A stretch of 61,686 bases of DNA from Clostridia bacterium (lineage in GTDB: Bacteria > Bacillota > Clostridia > Oscillospirales > CAG-272). Below are positions 30,006-37,599 of this stretch, piece by piece. The position numbers were made by a program, and so were the translations under genes. The stretch's first letter is position 1, and each line of letters opens with the position of its first letter. Under the pieces are notes generated by a model. That model had not been told where the DNA came from, made no database searches, and worked only from the letters and a program-made list of their open reading frames with translations. Location of the stretch: NCBI GenBank assembly GCA_028720145.1, contig JAQYLJ010000050.1:1-61686 (forward strand), in the 5' to 3' direction.

Positions 30006-30455
30006 ATGGCGAATTCCAATCTTTCCGAAATCATCGACAATTCCCTTTCTAAAATTAAAGATCTCGCGAAAAGCGAGACCGTCATCGGTGAACCGATTAC
30101 CGTTCCGAACGGCGTGACGATCGTCCCCGTCTCGAAAGTGTCGCTCGGATTCGCCTCCGGCGGGCTGGATTTCCCCGACAAGAAGAGCGAGCATACCGCT
30201 TTGAAATTCGGTGGTGGAAGTGGCACGGGCATGACCGTGACCCCCATCGCGTTTCTTGTGATTTCCGAGACCGGCAGTGTCAATCTCCTGCCCATTACCG
30301 ACCCCGACTCGGTCGATACCATCGACAAGATCGGCTCTCTGCTCGAAAAAACGCCGGACATTCTGCAAAAACTGAAAAATGTCGTAGGCGGGAAAAAGAA
30401 GAAAAAAGAAACGGCGGAAGAACCTTCCGCAGGCGACACGCCGAAAGCCGAATAA
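30006..30455 (+). CDS. ytfJ: GerW/YtfJ-family sporulation protein
   Basis: The ATG at 30006 follows AAGGAG. The protein contains ETVIGEPITVPNGVTIVPVSKVSLGFASGG, GGGSGTGMTVTPIAFLVI and a poly-K tail. Confidence 0.8.
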   Translation: MANSNLSEIIDNSLSKIKDLAKSETVIGEPITVPNGVTIVPVSKVSLGFASGGLDFPDKKSEHTALKFGGGSGTGMTVTPIAFLVISETGSVNLLPITDPDSVDTIDKIGSLLEKTPDILQKLKNVVGGKKKKKETAEEPSAGDTPKAE

Positions 30456-30503
30456 GAGCACTTTCCGTGTGGGAAACTATCAAAAACAGAAAGGTAGGTT
30501 CCC

Positions 30504-31586
30504 ATGAAACGCTTTGCCATCGTGTTGCTCGCGTCGGTTCTGCTCGCGGGTATCTCACTCCCGCTCGCCGCAGTGACCTCGCTGAGTTCTCCGTCTGTCA
30601 GCGCGCACCATGCGGCGCTCTATGAACCCGTTACAGATACATTCCTCTATGAAAAGAACGGCGATGAGCGCGCTCCCATGGCAAGCACGACCAAAATCAT
30701 GACCGCCCTCGTCGCGCTCGAACGGGGAGACCTTGAGACAGTCGTCACCATTCCCGACGAAGCATGTCACATTGAGGGTTCCTCCATCTATATGACACCG
30801 GGGGAACATTTGACGCTGCGTGAACTGCTTTACGCCCTACTCCTCCAAAGCGCGAACGATGCGGCGACCGCCATCGCGATTTCGGTCGGCGGGTCTGTCC
30901 CGGAGTTTGCACGCATGATGAACGAGCGTGCCCAAGAGATGGGGTTACAAAATACCCACTTTGTGAACCCGCACGGTCTCGATGATCCGGAGCACTATAC
31001 CACCGCGCACGATCTCGCAAGAATTACCGCTTGCGCGATGGAAATCCCTGTATTCCGCGACATCGTCGGGACTGTCAAATATCGTATTCCGCAAGGGGAC
31101 GGCGGAGATATGCGCGTTCTCTTCAATCACAACAAACTGCTTCGTCTCTACCGTGATTCCGTCGGTGTCAAGACAGGGTTTACAAAAAAGAGCGGACGGT
31201 GCCTTGTAGGTGCGGCGTGTCGCGACGGCGTGACGCTGATTTCGGTGACGCTCGATGCGCCGAACGACTGGAATGATCATATCACCCTCTTTGAATACGG
31301 TTTTTCGCGGATGGAGAACCGACTCCTCGCGGAAAAAGGCAGTTTTCTCTATTCCCTGCCCGTCATCGGTAAAGAAGGCGGAACCGTCCTCTGTACGAAC
31401 AGCGAGGATGCGACCGCGATTCTCGGTCGGGACGAAGAAGCACCGGAAGTCAAACTCGATCTGCCGCATTATCTAACCTCGCGCGGTCGCGTCGGTGCGG
31501 TCGTCGGGCATCTGCAATTCTATCGGGGCGATCGGCTCGTTTGCGAAGTACCGCTCGTCATCACGGACGAGTCCCCCACCATGTAA
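30504..31586 (+). CDS. D-alanyl-D-alanine carboxypeptidase (S11 family; DacB/DacF-like)
   Basis: It has a signal peptide, SxxK (ASTTKIMT), SxN (QSANDAA) and KTG (VKTGFT). Confidence 0.88.
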   Translation: MKRFAIVLLASVLLAGISLPLAAVTSLSSPSVSAHHAALYEPVTDTFLYEKNGDERAPMASTTKIMTALVALERGDLETVVTIPDEACHIEGSSIYMTPGEHLTLRELLYALLLQSANDAATAIAISVGGSVPEFARMMNERAQEMGLQNTHFVNPHGLDDPEHYTTAHDLARITACAMEIPVFRDIVGTVKYRIPQGDGGDMRVLFNHNKLLRLYRDSVGVKTGFTKKSGRCLVGAACRDGVTLISVTLDAPNDWNDHITLFEYGFSRMENRLLAEKGSFLYSLPVIGKEGGTVLCTNSEDATAILGRDEEAPEVKLDLPHYLTSRGRVGAVVGHLQFYRGDRLVCEVPLVITDESPTM

Positions 31587-31596
31587 AAGGAGCATT

Positions 31597-32349
31597 ATGG
31601 AAAAAATCAGACTGCAAAAGTTCTTTACCGACTGCGGAATCATGTCCCGCAGAAAAGCCGAAGAAGAAATCAAAGCGGGTCATGTCTCGGTCAACGGCCG
31701 ACCCGCTGTACTCGGCACAAAAGTCGATCCTGCCGCCGATTGCGTTACATATCTCGGGCGGCGTATCGTCATGCCCCGCAAAAAGGACTTTGTTTATATT
31801 CTTCTCAACAAACCGCGCGGCTACGCCACCACTACCGAAGACCCGCATGAGAAAAAATGCGTCATGGACCTGCTCACCGATGTAAAGACCCGTGTCTACC
31901 CGGTCGGCAGACTCGATAAAGTGTCGGAAGGGCTCTTGCTCCTGACAAACGACGGTGAACTCGCGAACCGTCTGACCCATCCAAAGCACGAAATCCCGAA
32001 GATTTACCGTGTGAAAGTGTCGGGGCACCCCTCCGAAGAACAAATGGAGACGCTCACTTCCCCGATGGAGCTGGACGGCTACAACATTCAGCCGGTACAG
32101 GTCGAAATTCACGATTTGGGAGACGAAGACACCACCCTCACCTTTACGCTCTATGAGGGTAGAAACCGACAGATCCGTAAAATGTGCGAGAAAGCGGGAC
32201 TCGTCGTCAAACGACTGAACCGTGTCGCCATCGGTCGACTCAAACTCGGCGGGTTACCGGTCGGTCACTACCGTTACCTGACCCCCGAAGAAGTCGCATA
32301 TCTCTATCAAAATTCCGACGCGGCGGGAGGGAGAAAAAGGCGGTGCTGA
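31597..32349 (+). CDS. rluB: pseudouridine synthase, RsuA/RluB family
   Basis: The ATG at 31597 follows AAAGGAG. It has an S4 domain (IRLQKFFTDCGIMSRRKAEEEI) and the catalytic motif VGRLDKVSEGLLLLTNDG. Confidence 0.9.
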   Translation: MEKIRLQKFFTDCGIMSRRKAEEEIKAGHVSVNGRPAVLGTKVDPAADCVTYLGRRIVMPRKKDFVYILLNKPRGYATTTEDPHEKKCVMDLLTDVKTRVYPVGRLDKVSEGLLLLTNDGELANRLTHPKHEIPKIYRVKVSGHPSEEQMETLTSPMELDGYNIQPVQVEIHDLGDEDTTLTFTLYEGRNRQIRKMCEKAGLVVKRLNRVAIGRLKLGGLPVGHYRYLTPEEVAYLYQNSDAAGGRKRRC

Positions 32350-32762
32350 TTATCAAACCTGTAGAAGAAAAAGAACGGCAGAAACAGTTTGCCGACGCTT
32401 GCGGCATCCCCTACCGTGCGGGAGACTTTGCTTATGCCGCCTATGTGGACGGGGTCTTCACCGCCCTATCGCAGTTCCGTGTCTGTGATACACACGGAAC
32501 CCTCGACGATTTGGTTCTTGTCCCCGCATCAAGCGATGTGGAAGCCCTCTTCATTCTCGGCAGACAAACCCTCAACTGGATTGACCTGCTCGGACTTCAT
32601 GTGTGCAAATGCTCTCCCTGCGCCGCGCCCGAGAAAGTGCTCAGCGTCATGGGATTTGTCCCCGCCGGCGAGGAAAACACGCTCATAGCCGATATGACCC
32701 ATATGTTCGACGGACATTGCGGCGGGCATTGCGATATCGCCCGTGAATTAAGGGAACCGTAA
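32343..32762 (+). CDS. hypothetical 139-aa protein with a Cys/His-rich C-terminus
   Basis: A GTG at 32343, 9 nt after GGAGGGAG, overlaps the rluB stop (GTGCTGA). The sequence begins VLIIKPVEEKERQKQFADACGIPY and later contains CKCSPC and HMFDGHCGGHC. I recognise no family. Confidence 0.5.
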   Translation: MLIIKPVEEKERQKQFADACGIPYRAGDFAYAAYVDGVFTALSQFRVCDTHGTLDDLVLVPASSDVEALFILGRQTLNWIDLLGLHVCKCSPCAAPEKVLSVMGFVPAGEENTLIADMTHMFDGHCGGHCDIARELREP

Positions 32763-32778
32763 AATCTTTTTGCAACAG

Positions 32779-32812
32779 AAAAACGCCTCGGAACGGTGTC
32801 CGTGGCGTTTTT
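32779..32812. terminator. bidirectional intrinsic terminator
   Basis: AAAAACGCC...ACGG-TGT-CCGT...GGCGTTTTT, between convergent genes (the 32343 gene and rpe). Confidence 0.7.
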
Positions 32813-32825
32813 GTTTTCTCTTGTT

Positions 32826-33473
32826 TTATTCCCCGCGCAGAGCGGCAATCGCCGCCGCAAAATCCTCCGCGCCGAATACGGCGGAACCCGCGACGAGAAC
32901 ATCCGCGCCCGCGAGACGAACGGCAGGAGCGGTCTTGAGATTGATTCCCCCGTCCACCTCGACGAGAATTTTCTTCCCGTGCTCCGCGGCATAGGTCTTG
33001 ATCTCTTGAATTTTATCGACACAGGCGGGGATGAGTTTCTGCCCGCCGTACCCCGGCTCGACCGTCATCACGAGAATCATGTCTGCTGCGTCCAAATAAG
33101 GATATACTTCCTCCGCGGGTGTCCCGGGGCGAATGGACAAACCGGCGATAACGCCTCTTTCACGGATGCTTTCAAGAACACGTGCGGGGTCCTCTTTGCA
33201 CGCCTCCAAATGGACCGTCAAAACATCCGCGCCCGCATCAATGTAACGGTCAATATAGGTTTCCGGCTCCTCAATCATCAGATGCACATCGAATACGGCA
33301 TCCGAAGTAGAACGAAGCGCCTGAATCACCGGCAAACCAAATGACAGATTCGGGACAAAATGCCCGTCCATCACATCCAGATGAATCCAGTCGGCACCCG
33401 CCGACACCAATTTTGTGAGTTCCTCTCCCATTTTGGTAAAGTCACAGGAGAGCATAGACGGTGCAATCAACAT
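32826..33473 (-). CDS. rpe: ribulose-phosphate 3-epimerase
   Basis: The ATG at 33473 follows GAGGAGG. The protein reads MLIAPSMLSCDFTKMGEELTKLVSAGADWIHLDVMDGHFVPN. Confidence 0.93.
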   Translation of the reverse strand: MLIAPSMLSCDFTKMGEELTKLVSAGADWIHLDVMDGHFVPNLSFGLPVIQALRSTSDAVFDVHLMIEEPETYIDRYIDAGADVLTVHLEACKEDPARVLESIRERGVIAGLSIRPGTPAEEVYPYLDAADMILVMTVEPGYGGQKLIPACVDKIQEIKTYAAEHGKKILVEVDGGINLKTAPAVRLAGADVLVAGSAVFGAEDFAAAIAALRGE

Positions 33474-33628
33474 AACAGTACCTCCTCGGGGGTCTCCCGG
33501 GTAACCATAACGATTATCTTCCATAGAATAATAAGGGTGCGTTCTTGCGAAAACCCGTGCCGTTCACCGTGCGAGAAGTCAAAAAACAAGGATGTGAACC
33601 GAAAGATGCACGGGAGAGCGGCACTGAA

Positions 33629-33659
33629 AAGCGCGGTATAGATTTTCTATGCTGCGCTT
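33629..33659 (-). terminator. probable terminator after ispF
   Basis: An imperfect hairpin AAGCGCAGCATAG-AAAATC-TATACCGCGCTT followed by TTTC on the minus strand. It overlaps the ispF stop codon. Confidence 0.4.
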
Positions 33660-34143
33660 ATTGTTGTTCGAGAAGGACGACGGCGTGCGCGGCGATTCCC
33701 TCCCCCGCTCCTGTGAATCCGAGTCCCTCTTCGGTCGTCGCTTTGATACTCACCGAGGTGACGGGTACGGAGAGTGCCTCCGCGAGCGTTTCGCGCATTG
33801 TCGGAATATACCCTGCCAGTTTCGGCTTCTCCGCCAAAACCGTGATATCGATATTTCCGAGATTGTACCCCTCGTTTCGCATGAGATCCGCCACTTTTTC
33901 GAGCAGCAGAATCGAGGAGATACCCTTATATGTCGGATCGCTGTCCGGGAAATGCTGTCCGATATCCCCGAGAGCGAGCGCACCGAGGATCGCATCCATC
34001 GCGGCGTGGGTCAGGACATCGGCATCCGAATGCCCCAAAAGCCCTCTCTCATAGGGAATCTCCACCCCACCGAGGACAAGCGGTCGCCCCTCTGTCAAAC
34101 GGTGAACATCGTAACCGTGTCCGATACGAAACTGCTTATTCAT
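33658..34143 (-). CDS. ispF: 2-C-methyl-D-erythritol 2,4-cyclodiphosphate synthase
   Basis: Start at [16 protein letters not shown] (ATG 34143), followed by [11 protein letters not shown]. It overlaps the ispD stop. Confidence 0.93.
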   Translation of the reverse strand: MNKQFRIGHGYDVHRLTEGRPLVLGGVEIPYERGLLGHSDADVLTHAAMDAILGALALGDIGQHFPDSDPTYKGISSILLLEKVADLMRNEGYNLGNIDITVLAEKPKLAGYIPTMRETLAEALSVPVTSVSIKATTEEGLGFTGAGEGIAAHAVVLLEQQ

Positions 34144-34897
34144 GTGCGTCCTCTCTTCTCTTACGGAGAATCGTCTCCGCGCGCAGAATATCCTCGGGAT
34201 GCGTAATCTTGAAATTCTCGTACCCCGTATCCACGGCTTTGACCCGTTGCCCAATGAGTTCCATCAAAGCGTTATCATCCGTCACGGACACGCCCTTTTC
34301 TTCCGCGAGTTTCACCGCGGCTTGGTAATACGGGAGATGGAAGACCTGCGGGGTCGCGGCGAGACGAATTTTCTTGCGGTCAATCGTCTCGGTAATAAAA
34401 TCGCGCGCATTCACGGTTTTCACGGTATCCACGACGGTCGTGACGGCGCTCGCGGCATGATAGGCATATGCCCACAAGACCACCCGCGTAATCTGCTCGG
34501 GGGTAATCAGACACCGTGCGGCATCGTGAATCGCCACATAGGAGATGCCCGATGAGACTGTGGCGACGCCGTTTTCCGCACTCATCTGTCGCGTATCGCC
34601 CCCTGTAACCAGCGTGCGGCATTTTTGAATCCCGTATTCCTTGCACCAAAGCGCGATAATCTCTTTCTCCGACGGACGGACGACCGTCACGATCTCGTCT
34701 ATCATTTTACACTTTTCAAAAGCAAGGAGTGTATGCACAAGCACGGGCTTCCCGTCAAGCATGAGCAACTGTTTGGTCGTATCGGTACCCATACGGGTCC
34801 CCTGACCGCCCGCGAGAATGACGGCGGCAGTCTTCGGTCGATGGAACGCCGCTTTCAATCGCAAATAGGCGGGCAATAACTGACTCGGTTTCTTCAT
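34136..34897 (-). CDS. ispD: 2-C-methyl-D-erythritol 4-phosphate cytidylyltransferase
   Basis: 253 aa, with [13 protein letters not shown] and [21 protein letters not shown] is present. Confidence 0.92.
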   Translation of the reverse strand: MKKPSQLLPAYLRLKAAFHRPKTAAVILAGGQGTRMGTDTTKQLLMLDGKPVLVHTLLAFEKCKMIDEIVTVVRPSEKEIIALWCKEYGIQKCRTLVTGGDTRQMSAENGVATVSSGISYVAIHDAARCLITPEQITRVVLWAYAYHAASAVTTVVDTVKTVNARDFITETIDRKKIRLAATPQVFHLPYYQAAVKLAEEKGVSVTDDNALMELIGQRVKAVDTGYENFKITHPEDILRAETILRKRREDAHE

Positions 34898-34903
34898 ATT
34901 TCC

Positions 34904-35224
34904 TCACTTGATGACATCAACAAAATGGACAGTAATCTCTTGGTCTTTCTGTCCGGTCTCGCTATTATCCCCTTTCAGGATTGCACCGTCGCCCGACATC
35001 AGATAACTGACCGAAAGACCCGCGAGCGGAGAACGGAAGACCGTCTCACCGGAGGAGAGCACAATCATTTCCCCGTCATGCACCGAAAGTACGCCCTTGC
35101 GCCCGAGCACCAGTTCTTCCCCATCCCGCATCTCGGTCACATAGCGGATGGTCAGACCGTGCAGAGCGAGCGCGCGTTTCTTATTCTCCGCCCGTAAGCG
35201 TTTCCGTTGGAAGAACGTTCCCAT
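34904..35224 (-). CDS. hypothetical 106-aa protein heading the ispDF operon
   Basis: The ATG at 35224 lies 7 nt after CAGGAG. The protein reads MGTFFQRKRLRAENKKRALALHGLTIRYVTEMRDGEELVLGRKGVLSVHDGEMIVL. The listed 163-aa ORF extends into the AT-rich promoter region. Confidence 0.5.
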   Translation of the reverse strand: MGTFFQRKRLRAENKKRALALHGLTIRYVTEMRDGEELVLGRKGVLSVHDGEMIVLSSGETVFRSPLAGLSVSYLMSGDGAILKGDNSETGQKDQEITVHFVDVIK

Positions 35225-35252
35225 GCGCCACTCCTGTTTCCTTATTATATAT

Positions 35253-35281
35253 AGTATAACGATTCGAGGTAAGACAAGCAA
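35253..35281 (-). promoter_or_regulatory. sigma-A-type promoter for the 34904-ispD-ispF operon
   Basis: The minus strand reads TTGCTT, a 17-nt spacer, then TATACT. Confidence 0.5.
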
Positions 35282-35486
35282 GTCTTTTTCCGAAAAGTAT
35301 TGGATTTCGGGAGAATGCCGTTCGTTTCGTGTTCTGAAATCAAGAGGATAATGTAACATATTAAGTGACTTACTAGTACGTGATAGGTTACACAAATTTC
35401 GTGTATTCGTTATGTATTTGTGCAGTTTGTCTATAAATTAACTGAAATTTTCTACACAATTTTTTCCTGTTACTTTTTCTGCCCTA

Positions 35487-35516
35487 TTGCAAATCCACGA
35501 ATCCTCATGTTATAAT
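35487..35516 (+). promoter_or_regulatory. Pmra-type promoter of the dcw cluster
   Basis: TTGCAA (35487..35492), an 18-nt spacer, then TGTTATAAT (the -10 at 35511..35516). Confidence 0.65.
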
Positions 35517-35525
35517 GATACCGAA

Positions 35526-35550
35526 GTGGGGCAAAGTGGAGCAAAATGTA
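35526..35550 (+). promoter_or_regulatory. putative MraZ operator (three 10-bp-phased repeats)
   Basis: GTGGGgcaaaGTGGAgcaaaaTGTA: three GTGGG-like pentamers (the third degenerate) at 35526, 35536 and 35546. They lie just downstream of the -10 and ~60 nt upstream of mraZ. Confidence 0.55.
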
Positions 35551-35608
35551 TCATTAGTCCACTATTTTCCCGCAAAACGAAGTGTAAAATCGCGGAAAGG
35601 AGGCCGAA

Positions 35609-36034
35609 ATGTTATTTGTCGGTGAGTTTCAACACACATTAGACGCCAAGAACAGGATTTTCATTCCGGCCAAGTACCGCGATTCGCTCGGCGAGAGTTT
35701 CTATATCGCCTGTAAGATGAACAGTCCCTGCCTTGCCATCTATACCGAAGCGGACATGGAAGGGTTTGTACGGAAACTCGAAGCATTCCCCGACTCGGAA
35801 GTAGCAGCCATCAAGCAGGCACTGTTTTCCATGGCGGCGCAGGTCTCTCCCGACGGGAGCGGCAGAATTGTCCTTCTCCCTCATATGCTCGAATACGCGG
35901 GCATTCAGAAGAATGTCGTAGTCGTCGGCGCGGGCAGTCACCTGCAGATCTGGTCCGAGGAATACTGGAAGAAAGAAATCTCGAACCGCAATATGCAGCA
36001 GATTCGGAGCCAGTTGGCTTCCGTGGGGCTGTAA
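35609..36034 (+). CDS. mraZ: transcriptional regulator MraZ
   Basis: 141 aa, MLFVGEFQHTLDAKNRIFIPAKYR, with a second SpoVT/AbrB-like repeat (DGSGRIVLLPHMLEYAGI). Confidence 0.95.
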   Translation: MLFVGEFQHTLDAKNRIFIPAKYRDSLGESFYIACKMNSPCLAIYTEADMEGFVRKLEAFPDSEVAAIKQALFSMAAQVSPDGSGRIVLLPHMLEYAGIQKNVVVVGAGSHLQIWSEEYWKKEISNRNMQQIRSQLASVGL

Positions 36035-36037
36035 GAT

Positions 36038-36979
36038 ATGGAGACACAATTTTCTCACACCCCCGTTCTTCTCTCGGAGTGCATCGACGCGCTTCGGATC
36101 CGCGAGGATCTCACCTATGTCGACTGCACGACCGGCGGCGGCGGACACAGTTTTGAGATTGCACGACGCCTGGGACAAAACGGTCGCCTGATTTGTCTCG
36201 ACAGAGACCCGACCGCCCTGCAAGCTGCAAAAATCAAACTACACGATTATCTCGACCGCGTCACATTCGTCCATACCAACTTTTCCGACATCGGTGAGAT
36301 ACTGGAACGTGAGCATGTCACGAATCTCGGCGGTGTCCTCGCAGACCTGGGTTGTTCCTCACACCAATTCGATACGCCGGAACGCGGGTTCTCCTATATG
36401 CACAATGCCCCGCTCGATATGCGTATGGATACCGACAATGGTTTAACCGCATACGATGTCGTCAATACTTATGACGAGAACGAACTGAAACGCATTCTCT
36501 TTGAATACGGAGAGGAGAAGTTCTCCGCAAGAATCGCGGCGGCAATTGTACGGGAACGGAGCACATCTCCTATCGAAACAACAGAAGAGCTCGCCACGAT
36601 TATTAAGAATGCCATTCCCGCCTCCGCGAGAATCGGCGGCCCCCATCCTGCAAAACGGTCGTTCCAAGCGATCCGAATCGAAGTCAATCGGGAGCTGGAC
36701 GCCATTGCTCCCGCGCTGAAAGCGGCAGTCAGGCACATGATCCCGGGCGGCAGAATCGCCGTCATTTCCTTCCATTCACTCGAAGACAGAATTGTCAAGA
36801 ATGTATTTGCCAACATGATGCAGGGATGCACCTGCCCCCGCGACTTCCCCGTTTGTGTCTGCGGAAAAAAACCGCTTATCTTCCTACCGAATAAGAAACC
36901 CATTCTTCCCACCGAAACAGAACTGACAGAAAACCCCCGTTCCCGCAGTGCAAAGCTTCGGGTAGCAGAAAAACTCTGA
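36038..36979 (+). CDS. rsmH: 16S rRNA (cytosine1402-N4)-methyltransferase
   Basis: 313 aa, with HTPVLLSECIDAL, DCTTGGGGHS, ISFHSLEDRIVK and NPRSRSAKLR. Confidence 0.95.
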   Translation: METQFSHTPVLLSECIDALRIREDLTYVDCTTGGGGHSFEIARRLGQNGRLICLDRDPTALQAAKIKLHDYLDRVTFVHTNFSDIGEILEREHVTNLGGVLADLGCSSHQFDTPERGFSYMHNAPLDMRMDTDNGLTAYDVVNTYDENELKRILFEYGEEKFSARIAAAIVRERSTSPIETTEELATIIKNAIPASARIGGPHPAKRSFQAIRIEVNRELDAIAPALKAAVRHMIPGGRIAVISFHSLEDRIVKNVFANMMQGCTCPRDFPVCVCGKKPLIFLPNKKPILPTETELTENPRSRSAKLRVAEKL

Positions 36980-37007
36980 ACGAACAAAAACTACAAGGAG
37001 ATTTACC

Positions 37008-37508
37008 ATGAGAAAGGACATGAAGGCAACCGATCCCGAATATCGTACTAACCCCCTCTATCGGAAGATGAAAGATCGCTTCGCAATCAACGGACAAGTC
37101 ATCGGCGACTTCATGCGCGGTCGTGCCAGAAGAGACGGCTATCCCGTGTCTGACCTCGATGGTGCACCGGCGGCTTCTCTCTCCGTCGCCCCCTCGAAAG
37201 CCGAGGTCGCAGCCGCAAAAGCGGAAATCATCCGAAATACCGAAAAGAAGAAAGAGCAGTCCCGCGTCGGGCGTTATGTGAAAAAACATCTGACCATCCT
37301 CGCCTGCCTCGCTCTCTTCCTTTGCATTGCCATGACGCTCGTCATTTTGATTCCCGTATGTAACAATCTTGCGGCATCTGCTATGGGTGATTCGGCTGAC
37401 ACGCTTCCCGCTCCCGTTGATTCTGTGGCGGAACCGCAGGCAGATCCTGCCCCCGCCGCAGAGACCCATGCTTCGTTTGAGAACATTTTGAGCGCATTCA
37501 ACGAATAA
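37008..37508 (+). CDS. membrane protein in the FtsL position of the dcw cluster (atypical)
   Basis: 166 aa. It has a ~95-aa cytoplasmic N-terminus, one TM helix (LTILACLALFLCIAMTLVILIPV) and a short P/A-rich ectodomain. I see no recognisable FtsL coiled coil. Confidence 0.45.
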   Translation: MRKDMKATDPEYRTNPLYRKMKDRFAINGQVIGDFMRGRARRDGYPVSDLDGAPAASLSVAPSKAEVAAAKAEIIRNTEKKKEQSRVGRYVKKHLTILACLALFLCIAMTLVILIPVCNNLAASAMGDSADTLPAPVDSVAEPQADPAPAAETHASFENILSAFNE

Positions 37509-37540
37509 CAGCATAACCCTCTATCCTCTTTCATATGTTG

Positions 37541-37578
37541 ATATAGCGGTAGATACCGATTGGTGTCTGCCGCTATAT
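37541..37578 (+). other. 17-bp stem-loop between the FtsL-position gene and the PBP gene
   Basis: ATATAGCGGTAGATACC-GATT-GGTGTCTGCCGCTATAT (15 Watson-Crick pairs plus 2 G-U) followed by TTCACATTTT. It could be a partial terminator or an RNA processing/stability element. Confidence 0.55.
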
Positions 37579-37599
37579 TTCACATTTTGGAGCGCGTGT

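Noticed and set aside
29387-30520. A 377-aa minus-strand ORF opposite the ytfI-like and ytfJ genes.
   Set aside because: It spans two well-supported + strand genes and their intergenic RBS. Its composition is that of reverse-complemented coding sequence.
35290-35480. The AT-rich 190-bp stretch upstream of the dcw promoter, with TGTAAC...GTTACA and an ACTAGT palindrome, considered as a possible ncRNA or extra gene.
   Set aside because: It has no convincing promoter/terminator pair, stable structure or ORF. It is most simply a divergent regulatory spacer between the ispDF operon and mraZ.
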